Positions 19,512 to 29,000 of a stretch of DNA of 64,000 nucleotides are shown in pieces; position 1 is the first letter of the stretch; the number at the start of each line of letters is the position of its first letter. Location: NCBI GenBank assembly GCA_964513645.1, contig CAZENF010000002.1, forward strand, positions 206,072-270,071, given 5' to 3'. Origin of the DNA: an uncultured Candidatus Saccharibacteria bacterium (GTDB lineage: Bacteria > Patescibacteriota > Minisyncoccia > 2-02-FULL-40-12 > GWA2-44-9). The notes under the pieces were generated by a model. The model saw only the letters and a list, made by a program, of their open reading frames with translations. It ran no database searches and was not told where the DNA came from. Made by a program: the position numbers and the translations under genes.

Positions 19512-21392
19512 ATGTGTGGTATAGCCGGTTCGGTCAAATCAGGAGGGAAAAATGCCGTTGACGGTATTTTACGGTCCTTAGCTCATCGCGGTCCCGACGA
19601 TGTCGGAGTTTATTCGGATGCGGAAAATGATGTCCATCTTGGCCAGCGCCGCCTTTCGATAATTGACCTTTCTTCCGCCGGACGTCAGCCAATGGCAAAT
19701 GAAGACGGGAGTATTTGGCTGACCTTTAACGGCGAGATATATAATTACAAAAAATTAAAGCCGTTTCTGACCGGTAGGGGCCATAAATTCAGGTCAGAAA
19801 CCGACTCGGAGGTCATTATTCACGGCTATGAGGAGTTCGGCACTAAAATTTTTGAAAAACTCGACGGAATGTGGGCGGCCGCTCTTTATGACCGTTCTTC
19901 CGGCAAGCTCATTTTGAGTCGCGATCCGGCCGGGATAAAGCCGTTGTATCTTATCGAGGATGGTCAAAAAATTATTTTTTCCTCGGAGATAGGAGCTTTA
20001 AAAAGCAACTGCCAAGCCGGAACAACCCTTAACGAAAGTTCGTTGGTTAAATTTATGGCCCAGGGTTATATATATGGCGACGAAACGATATACAAAGAAA
20101 TAAAAGAAGTTCCAGTCGCAACTAATTTGGTTTTTAACTTGAAAGAGGGCGGATCTTTTAAGGAATCCAATTATAATTTTTCAGGAGAATCATCGGTTAA
20201 AACCCTCGAAGAGGGGATAAGGAGTTTTAAAAATACCTTTAACGAGAGCGTCAGACAGTCCCTCCAGGCCGATGTTCCGGTCGGAATTTTCCTGTCAGGC
20301 GGTATCGACAGTTCTTTGGTCGGGCATTATGTAAAGGAGAACGGCGCTGACCTAAAAGTCTTCACCATCGGCTTTGAAGAAAAAGATTTTGATGAGTCGA
20401 GAATTGCCCGCGAAATAAGTCGGGCTTTAGGTTTTAAAAAACACTTTGTTCATATTTTAAAACCCAAGGATATTTCCGATAAGACCGGCGAGATCATTGA
20501 CTTGTTCGGCGAACCGTTCGGCGACATGTCATCTTTACCTACTTACTATTTAAGCATGCTTGCCAGGGAGAATGATTGCCGGGTGGTTCTAAGTGGTGAT
20601 GGCGGAGATGAGTTGTTCGGCGGTTATCCGACCCAGTATCTCCCCGAGATAGTCTCTTTGTATTCTAAAACTCCGGATGTTGTTCATCAAGGCCTGGTCA
20701 GCCTCGCAGATTATCTGCCCTCAACCTATTCAAAGCTCGGATTTGAGGAAATGGCTAAGCGTTTTTTGCACGGAGCCAAGTCAGATTACAGAAAAGGCCA
20801 TTTTTTGTGGAAGGTTTTGTTTCGGATGGAAGATGTCAAAAATATATTAAAAAAAGATTTTTATGAAAAATATGTTTCGGAAGTTTTTGAACGCGGTTTT
20901 TCAGATTTTTTTGACGAAGAACCCGCAGCTGATAAAGTTTCGGAAGTTATCAATGTTGATTTTAAGACATTCCTTGCCTCAAATTGCCTGGTCAAAAGTG
21001 ACATCTGCTCGATGGCCCACGCCGTGGAATTGAGGGTGCCGTTCCTTAACCGACCTGTCCTTGAATTTGCCCGGACGTTACCTTCGGAGTATAAGACCAA
21101 ACCCTTTCAGACCAAGATTTTATTAAGAAAAACTGCAGAAGAAATTTTGCCGGCAAGTATTACCAAGATTAAGAAAAAGGGTTTTGTTCCTCCGTTATCA
21201 CGCTGGCTCCAGGGAGAACTCAAAGGTTTTATGCTTGAAAATTTAAGCCGGGATAACGTTTACAAAACAGGGCTTTTAAACTATGATGCCGTAGATTCTC
21301 TGGTTAATTCCCACCTGAAAGGCAAAAGGGATAATACCAGACAGATTTGGAGCCTGATAAGTTTGGTCAGATTTTTAAACAAAGCCAAATGA
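19512..21392 (+). CDS. asnB: Asparagine synthase (glutamine-hydrolysing)-family amidotransferase
   Basis: MCGIAG Ntn Cys, HRGPD, FNGEIYN, LSGGIDSS, SGDGGDELFGGY, ELRVPFL. Confidence 0.93.
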   Translation: MCGIAGSVKSGGKNAVDGILRSLAHRGPDDVGVYSDAENDVHLGQRRLSIIDLSSAGRQPMANEDGSIWLTFNGEIYNYKKLKPFLTGRGHKFRSETDSEVIIHGYEEFGTKIFEKLDGMWAAALYDRSSGKLILSRDPAGIKPLYLIEDGQKIIFSSEIGALKSNCQAGTTLNESSLVKFMAQGYIYGDETIYKEIKEVPVATNLVFNLKEGGSFKESNYNFSGESSVKTLEEGIRSFKNTFNESVRQSLQADVPVGIFLSGGIDSSLVGHYVKENGADLKVFTIGFEEKDFDESRIAREISRALGFKKHFVHILKPKDISDKTGEIIDLFGEPFGDMSSLPTYYLSMLARENDCRVVLSGDGGDELFGGYPTQYLPEIVSLYSKTPDVVHQGLVSLADYLPSTYSKLGFEEMAKRFLHGAKSDYRKGHFLWKVLFRMEDVKNILKKDFYEKYVSEVFERGFSDFFDEEPAADKVSEVINVDFKTFLASNCLVKSDICSMAHAVELRVPFLNRPVLEFARTLPSEYKTKPFQTKILLRKTAEEILPASITKIKKKGFVPPLSRWLQGELKGFMLENLSRDNVYKTGLLNYDAVDSLVNSHLKGKRDNTRQIWSLISLVRFLNKAK

Positions 21393-22240
21393 ACAATTAT
21401 TCAATAGTCATTCCGGCCTACAATGAATCAAATGCTATCGGCAAGGTCGTCAACGACCTTCTTGTTCTTGGCCGGAAGAGCGGCCTCAATCTCGAAATAG
21501 TTGTGGTTGACGATTCTTCGACCGACAATACTGTCCAGGTTGTTTCGAAATTCTCGGTCAGGTTGGTAAAAAACCTCCAGAATTTCGGTTACGGATTTTC
21601 GATAAAAAATGGCATTGCCCATTCATCCCATGAAAATATAATAATAATCGACGCCGACGGCTCATACCCTGTTAACGCAATTCCTGGCCTGGCAGTGATA
21701 TATGAAAAAGGTTATGACATGGTTGTCGGAGCAAGGCAAGGTAAATTTTACCGGGGGTCTTTTATAAAATATCCAGCCAGACTTATTTTTTTATGGCTGG
21801 CTGAATTCATTGCCGGACGTAAAATTCCTGATGTTAATTCAGGCCTGAGAATATTCAGAAAAAATATTTATCAAAAATATGCCGATACCTTATGCGGAAC
21901 ATTTTCTTTCACCACCACTTTGACCCTGGCAATGCTCCTTAATTTTAACTCGGTTCATTATCAGCCTATAGATTATTATGAAAGGATCGGCAAATCAAAG
22001 GTTAGGTATATAAGAGATACCTTGAGGACCGGACAGATCTTAGTTGAAACGATACTCCTTTATAATCCGATAAAACTATATTTATTGTTAAGTGCCGGGA
22101 TAATTTTAATCGGAGGCGTAGGCGTTATCTCGTCTTATTTTGTAAATAATTTCTTGGTTTTTATTGTTTTTCTGACCCTAACTTTGAGCATCGTAGTTTT
22201 CGGGCTGGGTCTGGCGGTTTTCAGATTAAGTAAAAAATAA
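21389..22240 (+). CDS. GT2 polyprenol-phosphate glycosyltransferase (DPM1/ArnC-like)
   Basis: SIVIPAYNE, VVVDDSSTD, IDADGSY, two C-terminal TMs; ATG overlaps the asnB stop (ATGA). Confidence 0.88.
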   Translation: MNNYSIVIPAYNESNAIGKVVNDLLVLGRKSGLNLEIVVVDDSSTDNTVQVVSKFSVRLVKNLQNFGYGFSIKNGIAHSSHENIIIIDADGSYPVNAIPGLAVIYEKGYDMVVGARQGKFYRGSFIKYPARLIFLWLAEFIAGRKIPDVNSGLRIFRKNIYQKYADTLCGTFSFTTTLTLAMLLNFNSVHYQPIDYYERIGKSKVRYIRDTLRTGQILVETILLYNPIKLYLLLSAGIILIGGVGVISSYFVNNFLVFIVFLTLTLSIVVFGLGLAVFRLSKK

Positions 22241-22809
22241 TGATACCTCAAAAAAAATTAAATCTCGGTTCTGGAGATTTCAAAAAAAGAGGATACGTTA
22301 ATATTGATTGGGACAAAAGAACTAACCCTGATTTTGTGCATGACCTGAATAAATTTCCTTATCCTTTTAAGGACAACGAGTTTGATCTGATCGAGGCCGA
22401 CCATGTTCTTGAACATCTGGATGATGCTTTTGGGGTGATGAAAGAATTGCATCGCATATCTAAGGGCAAGGCGGGGGTTATTATCCGGGTCCCGCATTTT
22501 TCGCGTGGCCTTACTCACCCTGAGCATAAACGGGGCTTTGATGTAACATTTCCGTATTACTTTGATCCGTCGGTCAGACAATATTATCAGGGCACGGAAC
22601 TTAAGTTGAAAAATATGAAATTACTATGGATGGCCCAGCCTTATCTTAAAAAAAGCATTTTACCGGCGCCGGTCTTTTATGCGGCCTTGGCGTTCAGTGA
22701 TTTTATAAGTTTTTTGGCTAATCTTTCTCCGCTTTTATGTTCCCGCATCTGGTGCTATTGGGTCGGTGGGTTCGAGGAAATAAGTTTTGAGTTTGTGGTC
22801 AATAAATAA
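22240..22809 (+). CDS. SAM-dependent methyltransferase (type 11-like)
   Basis: KLNLGSG, DLNKFPYPF, HVLEHL. Confidence 0.8.
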   Translation: MIPQKKLNLGSGDFKKRGYVNIDWDKRTNPDFVHDLNKFPYPFKDNEFDLIEADHVLEHLDDAFGVMKELHRISKGKAGVIIRVPHFSRGLTHPEHKRGFDVTFPYYFDPSVRQYYQGTELKLKNMKLLWMAQPYLKKSILPAPVFYAALAFSDFISFLANLSPLLCSRIWCYWVGGFEEISFEFVVNK

Positions 22810-22814
22810 TTTAT

Positions 22815-23465
22815 ATGGGAACTAAAGAATATAACTACGATACTTTTTGGCTTCGTCTTTCGGATAAAACGGCCCACAGGGTCAGAGGAAAGTTTTTCAA
22901 ATTTTTTATGGAAATAATGAATCCGCAGCCCGAAGATAAAGTGCTTGACCTGGGGGTGACTTGCGATGCTAAACGTGACAGCAGTAATTATTTTGAAAAA
23001 TTATATCCTTGGACGAAAAATATTACCGCCGTCGGACTTGAAGACGGTTCTTATCTTGAACAAAAATATCTGGGTCTAAAATTTGTCCGTGCCGACGGGA
23101 CGGCTCTGCCTTTCCAGGACAACACTTTTGATATAGTTTTTTCTGCGGCTGTAGCCGAGCATGTCGGATCTTTTGAGAATCAGAGAAAATTCTATAATGA
23201 AGCACTTCGGGTCGGAAAGAAGGTTTTTATCACCACTCCTGACCGATTTTTTCCTGTCGAGGTTCACACCGGCATTCCGTTCCTGCACTATTTGCCGAAA
23301 AATATTTTTAGAGCCATTCTTAGAAGAATCGGCATGTCTGACCTGGCAGATGAAAAAGCTCTTAACCTTTTAAGCTATGGTGACATCAAAAAAATTATCG
23401 AAGGACAGGAAGATGCCAAGATAATAAGAAAATTCAACAGTCTTTTAGTGGTCAAAATAAGGTGA
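22815..23465 (+). CDS. Class I SAM-dependent methyltransferase
   Basis: VLDLGV, ADGTALPFQDNTFDIVFS, TTPDRFFPVEVH. Confidence 0.8.
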   Translation: MGTKEYNYDTFWLRLSDKTAHRVRGKFFKFFMEIMNPQPEDKVLDLGVTCDAKRDSSNYFEKLYPWTKNITAVGLEDGSYLEQKYLGLKFVRADGTALPFQDNTFDIVFSAAVAEHVGSFENQRKFYNEALRVGKKVFITTPDRFFPVEVHTGIPFLHYLPKNIFRAILRRIGMSDLADEKALNLLSYGDIKKIIEGQEDAKIIRKFNSLLVVKIR

Positions 23466-24236
23466 CTAAATCTTAGTTCCTGAGATGCGCCAGCTTATCT
23501 GGTTGTAGTGGTCAATATGAACATCTCTGAATTCTTGTTTGTTTAACCACCGGTAGACCTGTTCTCTGGTAATAAAATTCGTTATCGGGGCGTTTAGTTT
23601 ATCTAAAACGTTCAATTTATTCCTACTAAAGGATAATTTCCGCCAGTTCCTAAAATAGTCATAATAAGGCATGAATTTAACCGGCAATAAATATACACTG
23701 TATATCGGAAGATACATCGCTACGGTCAGAACGGAGCTCAATGCAATCTTTGCCTTAAAGGGAAGTTTTAAAAACACTCCGCGTTTGACCGGTTCAAGCA
23801 GGGCCCAGTTTGGCCAATTTCCTTCCTTTGAATAGCACCAGATAATGATTCTGCCACCCGGCTTAACAAAGGTTTTGATGTTGGCGAAGGTTTTATCTGG
23901 GTCAGTGGTATGCTGCAGGACACCGATTGAGTAGGCAATGTCATATTTTTTTCCCAAGCTTATTTTAGCCAAATCTCCTTCGGCGAAAGAAACATTATTC
24001 CGGCCGGCATTATTTTTTCTGGCGATATGGGTCGTATTAAGGTCGATACCAAGAACGTTTTTGGCATAGGGAGCTATAAAGTTAATATGCTGACCACCGC
24101 CGCAACCGCAGTCAACAACGTCTTTGTCTGTAAAAAAATCCAGATCCTGGGGATATATCCATTCTTTGAATAAAAACAGAGAATCATCATAGAATTTTCC
24201 CCACTGTTCCGACCAGTTTTTTTGTTTTTTCTGCAT
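23466..24236 (-). CDS. Class I SAM-dependent methyltransferase
   Basis: VVDCGCGGG, YSIGVLQHT, VKPGGRI. Confidence 0.85.
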   Translation of the reverse strand: MQKKQKNWSEQWGKFYDDSLFLFKEWIYPQDLDFFTDKDVVDCGCGGGQHINFIAPYAKNVLGIDLNTTHIARKNNAGRNNVSFAEGDLAKISLGKKYDIAYSIGVLQHTTDPDKTFANIKTFVKPGGRIIIWCYSKEGNWPNWALLEPVKRGVFLKLPFKAKIALSSVLTVAMYLPIYSVYLLPVKFMPYYDYFRNWRKLSFSRNKLNVLDKLNAPITNFITREQVYRWLNKQEFRDVHIDHYNQISWRISGTKI

Positions 24237-26098
24237 TATTTTTTCGAACTATTTATAGAAAGTTTTTTTTGAAGAATTGTCGCGGCAAATTTTGTTTTAG
24301 CTTCGAAGGGTGTTCCGCCTTCCTGCCAGACCTGGTTGTAGTTTTTGTTGACCCAGTTGTATAATTTTACCCCGATATCATGCCCGAAGAAACGAAAACC
24401 GTGTTCGTTTGTATCAAGGTGAAGGTAGACTATGAAATCCGGCGGATTTTTCGAATAAGAATTTATAATGTCATCCTCGCTGAAGGATAAGAGGTCTCCA
24501 AAAGCAAAAATTACTTTGGTCGGGTCAGGCCGTCTTAGAAGATAATTCAGCATTATGCCCCTGGGCAGTACGGAAAATGTCTCATTTGGGCCGAGCCGGC
24601 GCTTAAGTTCATTGACCGTATCTTCGATTATTGGTCCGCGTTTTTGATCCACAATAAGAGTGTCATTAATATCGGTTCCGCAGCAGTCGAAGGTATTTTT
24701 TGAATAATTTGCACTGCTTATCCCGATATCTTTTACAACCATAACCGAAAACGTGACCAGGAAAAATATTTTAAATGTCCGGCCGATATTATAACGTTCA
24801 AGATATCTTGGCAGCCAATCGGTCAAGGCGACAACCGCTAAAAGTGTGGCTGGAACTCCGAGGACAAAACCGTAATGATAAATTCGAGAATTAAGAGGCA
24901 TTTTTAAAAGAAATGTTCCCGCAAGCACAAAGCTCGTTACAAGCATCGGCCAGTTTTGCTGATGATCCGGTCTGCGTTTTAAGGCCAACCAGAGAGAGAT
25001 TCCAAATCCCGCGAGAATCAATACTGGAAACGACCGGGCAATTTCAAACCAGCTTGTGTTGGGAATTAGCAAGTATTCCAAGACTCCCGTTAAGGAGAAT
25101 ATTATCCAGATTAAGAGGCGGTTAGGTCTTATATTTTTTAAAGACAGGGATATGAATATACCAACGAGGGCCATGTTAAACCAAATCCAGCTCCAGCCCA
25201 ACATCCTAAGAGAGTTGCCTAAAATATCGTTGGTACCAAGACTTGTTTTATAAAACGGCAAACTGTTCATCTGGGCCAAACCGCCGTTAAAAGCCAGGAT
25301 GAATTGTCCGAATATTCCTTTGAACGCTTCGTTGACCGGCATTGATTTTGAAAAAAGATATATGGTGACGAGAGGTGGTACCAGACCGATAAAACAGGTG
25401 GTTAAAAATCCTAAAATTATCCGGGCCTTATTTTTAAAATCTATAACAAGTTCTGTTCCGAAATAACTTAAAACTATTGCTACGGCCGGGATGAATATTT
25501 CGATCTTATTTATCACGGTTGAACCTAGAAGAAGTCCGGCCGGAATAAGCCAGATGAATTTTTTATTATTTCCCCAGCGTTTTAAACAGGACAGAAGGCC
25601 CATTATCGTCACAAATCCCAATACCAGTCCGTAGGAGTACGGTGTTAGGTAATCATAATTGCCATTCTCGGTATATCTGCCGAAAGCAAAAATTCCTATA
25701 AAAATAATACCGGATACGAATACGGACAGGGGATTGGTTATGGTTTTAAGCCAGTCTTCAATCAGCCAGACCAGTAATACTAAAATAAACAAACTCACCA
25801 CGATCAGAGTTGTAATACTTGTTCCCAGAAGATGAAACCAGAGAGCATTCAGATAAAACGGCAGAGGTCCGAAATAATTATTTATCATGTCGCGGTAAAG
25901 TACCGCGCCTTCCGATATTCTCCAGGGTATATAAAGTTCTTCTCCGTAATCAAGCAGAATATCCGCCCAGGCATACCAGCTCATTTTTATCAGATAGGCC
26001 GCTATCCCGATGTAAGTGGAGATTTTTAATACCAAAAGAATCCATTTTTTTTCTACGATCCTTGTGGGGTCAAAATATTTATTGAAAATTTCTTTCAT
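24236..26098 (-). CDS. Polytopic GT-C-like (ArnT/PMT-like) glycosyltransferase
   Basis: About 12 TM segments; acidic first loop DYGEELY...GAVLYRD; soluble C-terminal domain. Confidence 0.65.
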   Translation of the reverse strand: MKEIFNKYFDPTRIVEKKWILLVLKISTYIGIAAYLIKMSWYAWADILLDYGEELYIPWRISEGAVLYRDMINNYFGPLPFYLNALWFHLLGTSITTLIVVSLFILVLLVWLIEDWLKTITNPLSVFVSGIIFIGIFAFGRYTENGNYDYLTPYSYGLVLGFVTIMGLLSCLKRWGNNKKFIWLIPAGLLLGSTVINKIEIFIPAVAIVLSYFGTELVIDFKNKARIILGFLTTCFIGLVPPLVTIYLFSKSMPVNEAFKGIFGQFILAFNGGLAQMNSLPFYKTSLGTNDILGNSLRMLGWSWIWFNMALVGIFISLSLKNIRPNRLLIWIIFSLTGVLEYLLIPNTSWFEIARSFPVLILAGFGISLWLALKRRPDHQQNWPMLVTSFVLAGTFLLKMPLNSRIYHYGFVLGVPATLLAVVALTDWLPRYLERYNIGRTFKIFFLVTFSVMVVKDIGISSANYSKNTFDCCGTDINDTLIVDQKRGPIIEDTVNELKRRLGPNETFSVLPRGIMLNYLLRRPDPTKVIFAFGDLLSFSEDDIINSYSKNPPDFIVYLHLDTNEHGFRFFGHDIGVKLYNWVNKNYNQVWQEGGTPFEAKTKFAATILQKKLSINSSKK

Positions 26099-26102
26099 AA
26101 GT

Positions 26103-27707
26103 TTATTTTTTTTCCGGCAATACTTTAAAAATAACGCTCAAATCCTGATCATAAACTTTTTTGAAATGTTTCGTATCTTTTTCAAGATATGCAAGGAAGC
26201 TTGTTTGTCCTCCGAACCTTCTGGTAAAGACATAAGAAGCGTGGAAATCCTTTGTAATCGCGTCATATGTAGATTTAATATGGTCCGGAGTACAATATTC
26301 CGCATCGCAGGTCTGGTCGCCGGTATCTTCGATGTTCAGATAGAAAATATCCCAATAGAGATGGGTGTCGTATTTATAAAGAAATATGGGGTCCATGCCG
26401 TAGGTATAGTAATTGTCCTGGTTCCAGAAAAACAGGGACGGAAACTGGTCAAAATATAAGTGAAAAACAATATCACCCTTGTTACTGTTTTGCTTTAACC
26501 ATAAAGCCGGGCCCTGGAATCTGTAAGGCAGCATTGCGCTAGCAAAATAACCTTCAAAGCGGGGGAGAGTGTTGCAGGCGGAAAAAGTAAGAAACGGGAC
26601 CAGAAGACAAAACAGCATTATTTTGATTTCTTTTAGTTTGTGCGGCTCCAGTTTCTCGGCTTCTGAAAGATAATGGGTAAAAGCCAGTCCGGCAAACATT
26701 ACAATAAAAAGCGTCAGGAGGTCTATTGCTCGGTTGGCGGTAACGAACATCAAAAAAGAGAAGAAGACCATTATAAAAGAGCTTAAAACCGCAACCTTGG
26801 TTTCTTTTGAAAATTCCTCTTTTTTATATATGGACAGACCGGCGATTATCAGTCCGGCAAAAAAAATAAAAAATATCGGGAAAAGTATCCGGCCCTGACC
26901 GACCCATTCGGGCGGCTGAAGTTCCGTACCGATCATGGCTTTAAGCTGTTTGCCTTTGACCAAGTAAAAATCAATCACCTGGTTGTAAATAAGTCCGATG
27001 TTAGCAACTGGATGCGGTCTGGCCATCAGCCCGGTGGCAGTTCCGGAAACGAGGGACAAAATTTTGTTTAGTCCGACTCTCTGTCCGTTGAGGAATTTAA
27101 AAATAACTATCGGCCCGACAGCGATGAACGGCAGCCAGAAAACTGCCGAATGTATCCAGGATGATAAAAAAGAAAAAATAAATACCGGCCACGAGGAACC
27201 GCTGTAAAAAAAGCTGAATATTAAAGCCAGAAAGGCCAAAGAAAGGTCGTGGGGTCTGGCCATTGCCATCCGATACATCATCCAGCTGCTGGTTATCGGC
27301 ATAAAAACAACAAAAAGCCAGGCATACCGTATATCTAAATTTTTAAAAGCGATATAAATTGAAACAAGAGCGATGAAGGTTATGACTACACCCGAGACTT
27401 TTATCGCAAAGGCCAGGTCGGTCATATACGTGAAAGGTATTAGGAAAATATGAAAACCGTACCAAAGGTCAGCACCGGCCAGGTGTATGTTTGAAAAATA
27501 TGTCCAAGGAAAATCAGTATTAAATATCCCGTTCGTTCTCAAATACCATGAGTGACGGATATGGTAGAAACTGTCCGGGTCAAAAATATTATTGCTCCGG
27601 AGATTGGTGTAGGTTGCTATCGTAAGAAAAATTAAAAAAATAAAGACCGTTTTATATATCGGTTTTATGTTGCCAAAAGATTTAAATATTTCTTGAAGTT
27701 TCTCCAT
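26103..27707 (-). CDS. Polytopic GT-C-like membrane protein
   Basis: DPDSFYH first loop, multiple TMs, WLKQNS...GMDPIF C-terminal domain reminiscent of oligosaccharyltransferase-like proteins. Confidence 0.6.
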   Translation of the reverse strand: MEKLQEIFKSFGNIKPIYKTVFIFLIFLTIATYTNLRSNNIFDPDSFYHIRHSWYLRTNGIFNTDFPWTYFSNIHLAGADLWYGFHIFLIPFTYMTDLAFAIKVSGVVITFIALVSIYIAFKNLDIRYAWLFVVFMPITSSWMMYRMAMARPHDLSLAFLALIFSFFYSGSSWPVFIFSFLSSWIHSAVFWLPFIAVGPIVIFKFLNGQRVGLNKILSLVSGTATGLMARPHPVANIGLIYNQVIDFYLVKGKQLKAMIGTELQPPEWVGQGRILFPIFFIFFAGLIIAGLSIYKKEEFSKETKVAVLSSFIMVFFSFLMFVTANRAIDLLTLFIVMFAGLAFTHYLSEAEKLEPHKLKEIKIMLFCLLVPFLTFSACNTLPRFEGYFASAMLPYRFQGPALWLKQNSNKGDIVFHLYFDQFPSLFFWNQDNYYTYGMDPIFLYKYDTHLYWDIFYLNIEDTGDQTCDAEYCTPDHIKSTYDAITKDFHASYVFTRRFGGQTSFLAYLEKDTKHFKKVYDQDLSVIFKVLPEKK

Positions 27708-27807
27708 TGCTTTAATGTCTGCCTGACAGCATATTATAAATATTAGCCCGCTTCAAGAAGCAGGGGAGTAACGGCCTAAACTGGACTGTTTCTGGATAGG
27801 AAAAATA

Positions 27808-27925
27808 GGACTCGGCTACAACTTTAGCCTTCGCCAGTCGCTCAGGCAAAGTCGCAGCCCCGCCTCACGGTGGTTGTTTACTGACAACCACATCGCTCCG
27901 GCTTTCGAGTCCCACCCTCTTCCAC
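27808..27925 (-). repeat. Structured element containing an inverted copy of the tRNA-Ser(GCT) 3' end
   Basis: 27904-27920 is the exact reverse complement of 28791-28807; nested stems GGACTCG/CGAGTCC, GTGGTTGT/ACAACCAC and GCTGCGACTTT/AAAGTTGTAGC. Confidence 0.65.
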
Positions 27926-27933
27926 AAATAAAT

Positions 27934-27966
27934 AAACAAGAACTGCCGCAGGGGCAGTTCTTGTTT
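27934..27966. terminator. Bidirectional terminator hairpin
   Basis: AAACAAGAACTGCC-gcagg-GGCAGTTCTTGTTT, perfect 14-bp stem. Confidence 0.75.
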
Positions 27967-28079
27967 CTAATGCGGAGATGTGAGGGACAATTGGAAAACT
28001 CTTATCAAGCGGCTAATTACGGCTTTTCAGGAAGTTGATTATGATTTTAGCTTGGTTTTAGGGAATTAAAAAGCCGAGG

Positions 28080-28595
28080 TTAGTCGGCTTCAAACTTGGT
28101 AATTAGTTCTTTAACACGATACATCTCATGGCTAAGATCTGCGTAAAAATGAGTTCCTGCGCCATTTAGACTCTCTCGAGTAGTCTCCACGAATTTAAGA
28201 TGCTCTTTCAATAATGGCAAAAGCGTAGCTTGACCATATTTTTCAAGAACACGAAGAACATTAAAGCGATCGCTACAATCCGGTATGTCCCTAAGTTCAG
28301 GCCAAGTCAACATCTCCGAGAGTTTTTCTACGTCATTATCATTTAATTCCGGCCCTCTTTCTGCAATATAACCAAGCATTTGATAAAGCAATGAAAGATG
28401 CCCTGGTTCCTCATCAGCCTCTACCTTAGAAGACAGGAGGCCATCAGAATGCAATTTATAAAGTTCTTCGATAATTTGGCTTGGCAACAATGTCTCATAT
28501 TGCTTATATAAATCTCGGGTTGCATCTGCTTGCTTTTGATTACGATCTAACCGCTCACTCGAATCTTGTGCCCAACGTTTAAAAATCTCGTTCAT
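28080..28595 (-). CDS. Hypothetical acidic helical protein (island cargo)
   Basis: 171-aa ORF with an AGGAGG-like sequence upstream; no family recognised. Confidence 0.65.
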   Translation of the reverse strand: MNEIFKRWAQDSSERLDRNQKQADATRDLYKQYETLLPSQIIEELYKLHSDGLLSSKVEADEEPGHLSLLYQMLGYIAERGPELNDNDVEKLSEMLTWPELRDIPDCSDRFNVLRVLEKYGQATLLPLLKEHLKFVETTRESLNGAGTHFYADLSHEMYRVKELITKFEAD

Positions 28596-28787
28596 GGCTT
28601 TATTTTAGCACCTCCTATTAAAAGGGCAACTGATGTATTCTATCATAATTTTACAAAATGTAAAGCAAAAGTTCGGATCTTCTTGACTCTATGCCCCATT
28701 GAGGCAATTTTCTTGAAACAAGGAAAACTCGAGAAGATAAGCCATAAAAAGACAAAACCTTCTCTTTTGAGAAGGCTGTCTCCGATG

Positions 28788-28875
28788 CGGAGAGGGTGGG
28801 ACTCGAACCCACAAAACGCTTTTTAGACGTTTACGGTTTAGCAAACCGCTGGCTTACCATTCGCCGCACCTCTCC
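28788..28875 (-). tRNA. tRNA-Ser (anticodon GCT)
   Basis: GGAGAGG/CCTCTCC acceptor, G73, anticodon arm GCGGT-TTGCTAA-ACCGT, long variable arm, GTGGG-TTCGAGT-CCCAC. Confidence 0.92.
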
Positions 28876-29000
28876 TTTGTCTTGGAGGGGGCTTCGACTT
28901 CGCTCGCCCCCTTCCAACCTCGCTTGCGACGGCGCACGGCGCCTGCTCGCTCCTGCCTCCCCAAGGGAGCAGATTTTAATTCTAAATTTTACCACAATTT

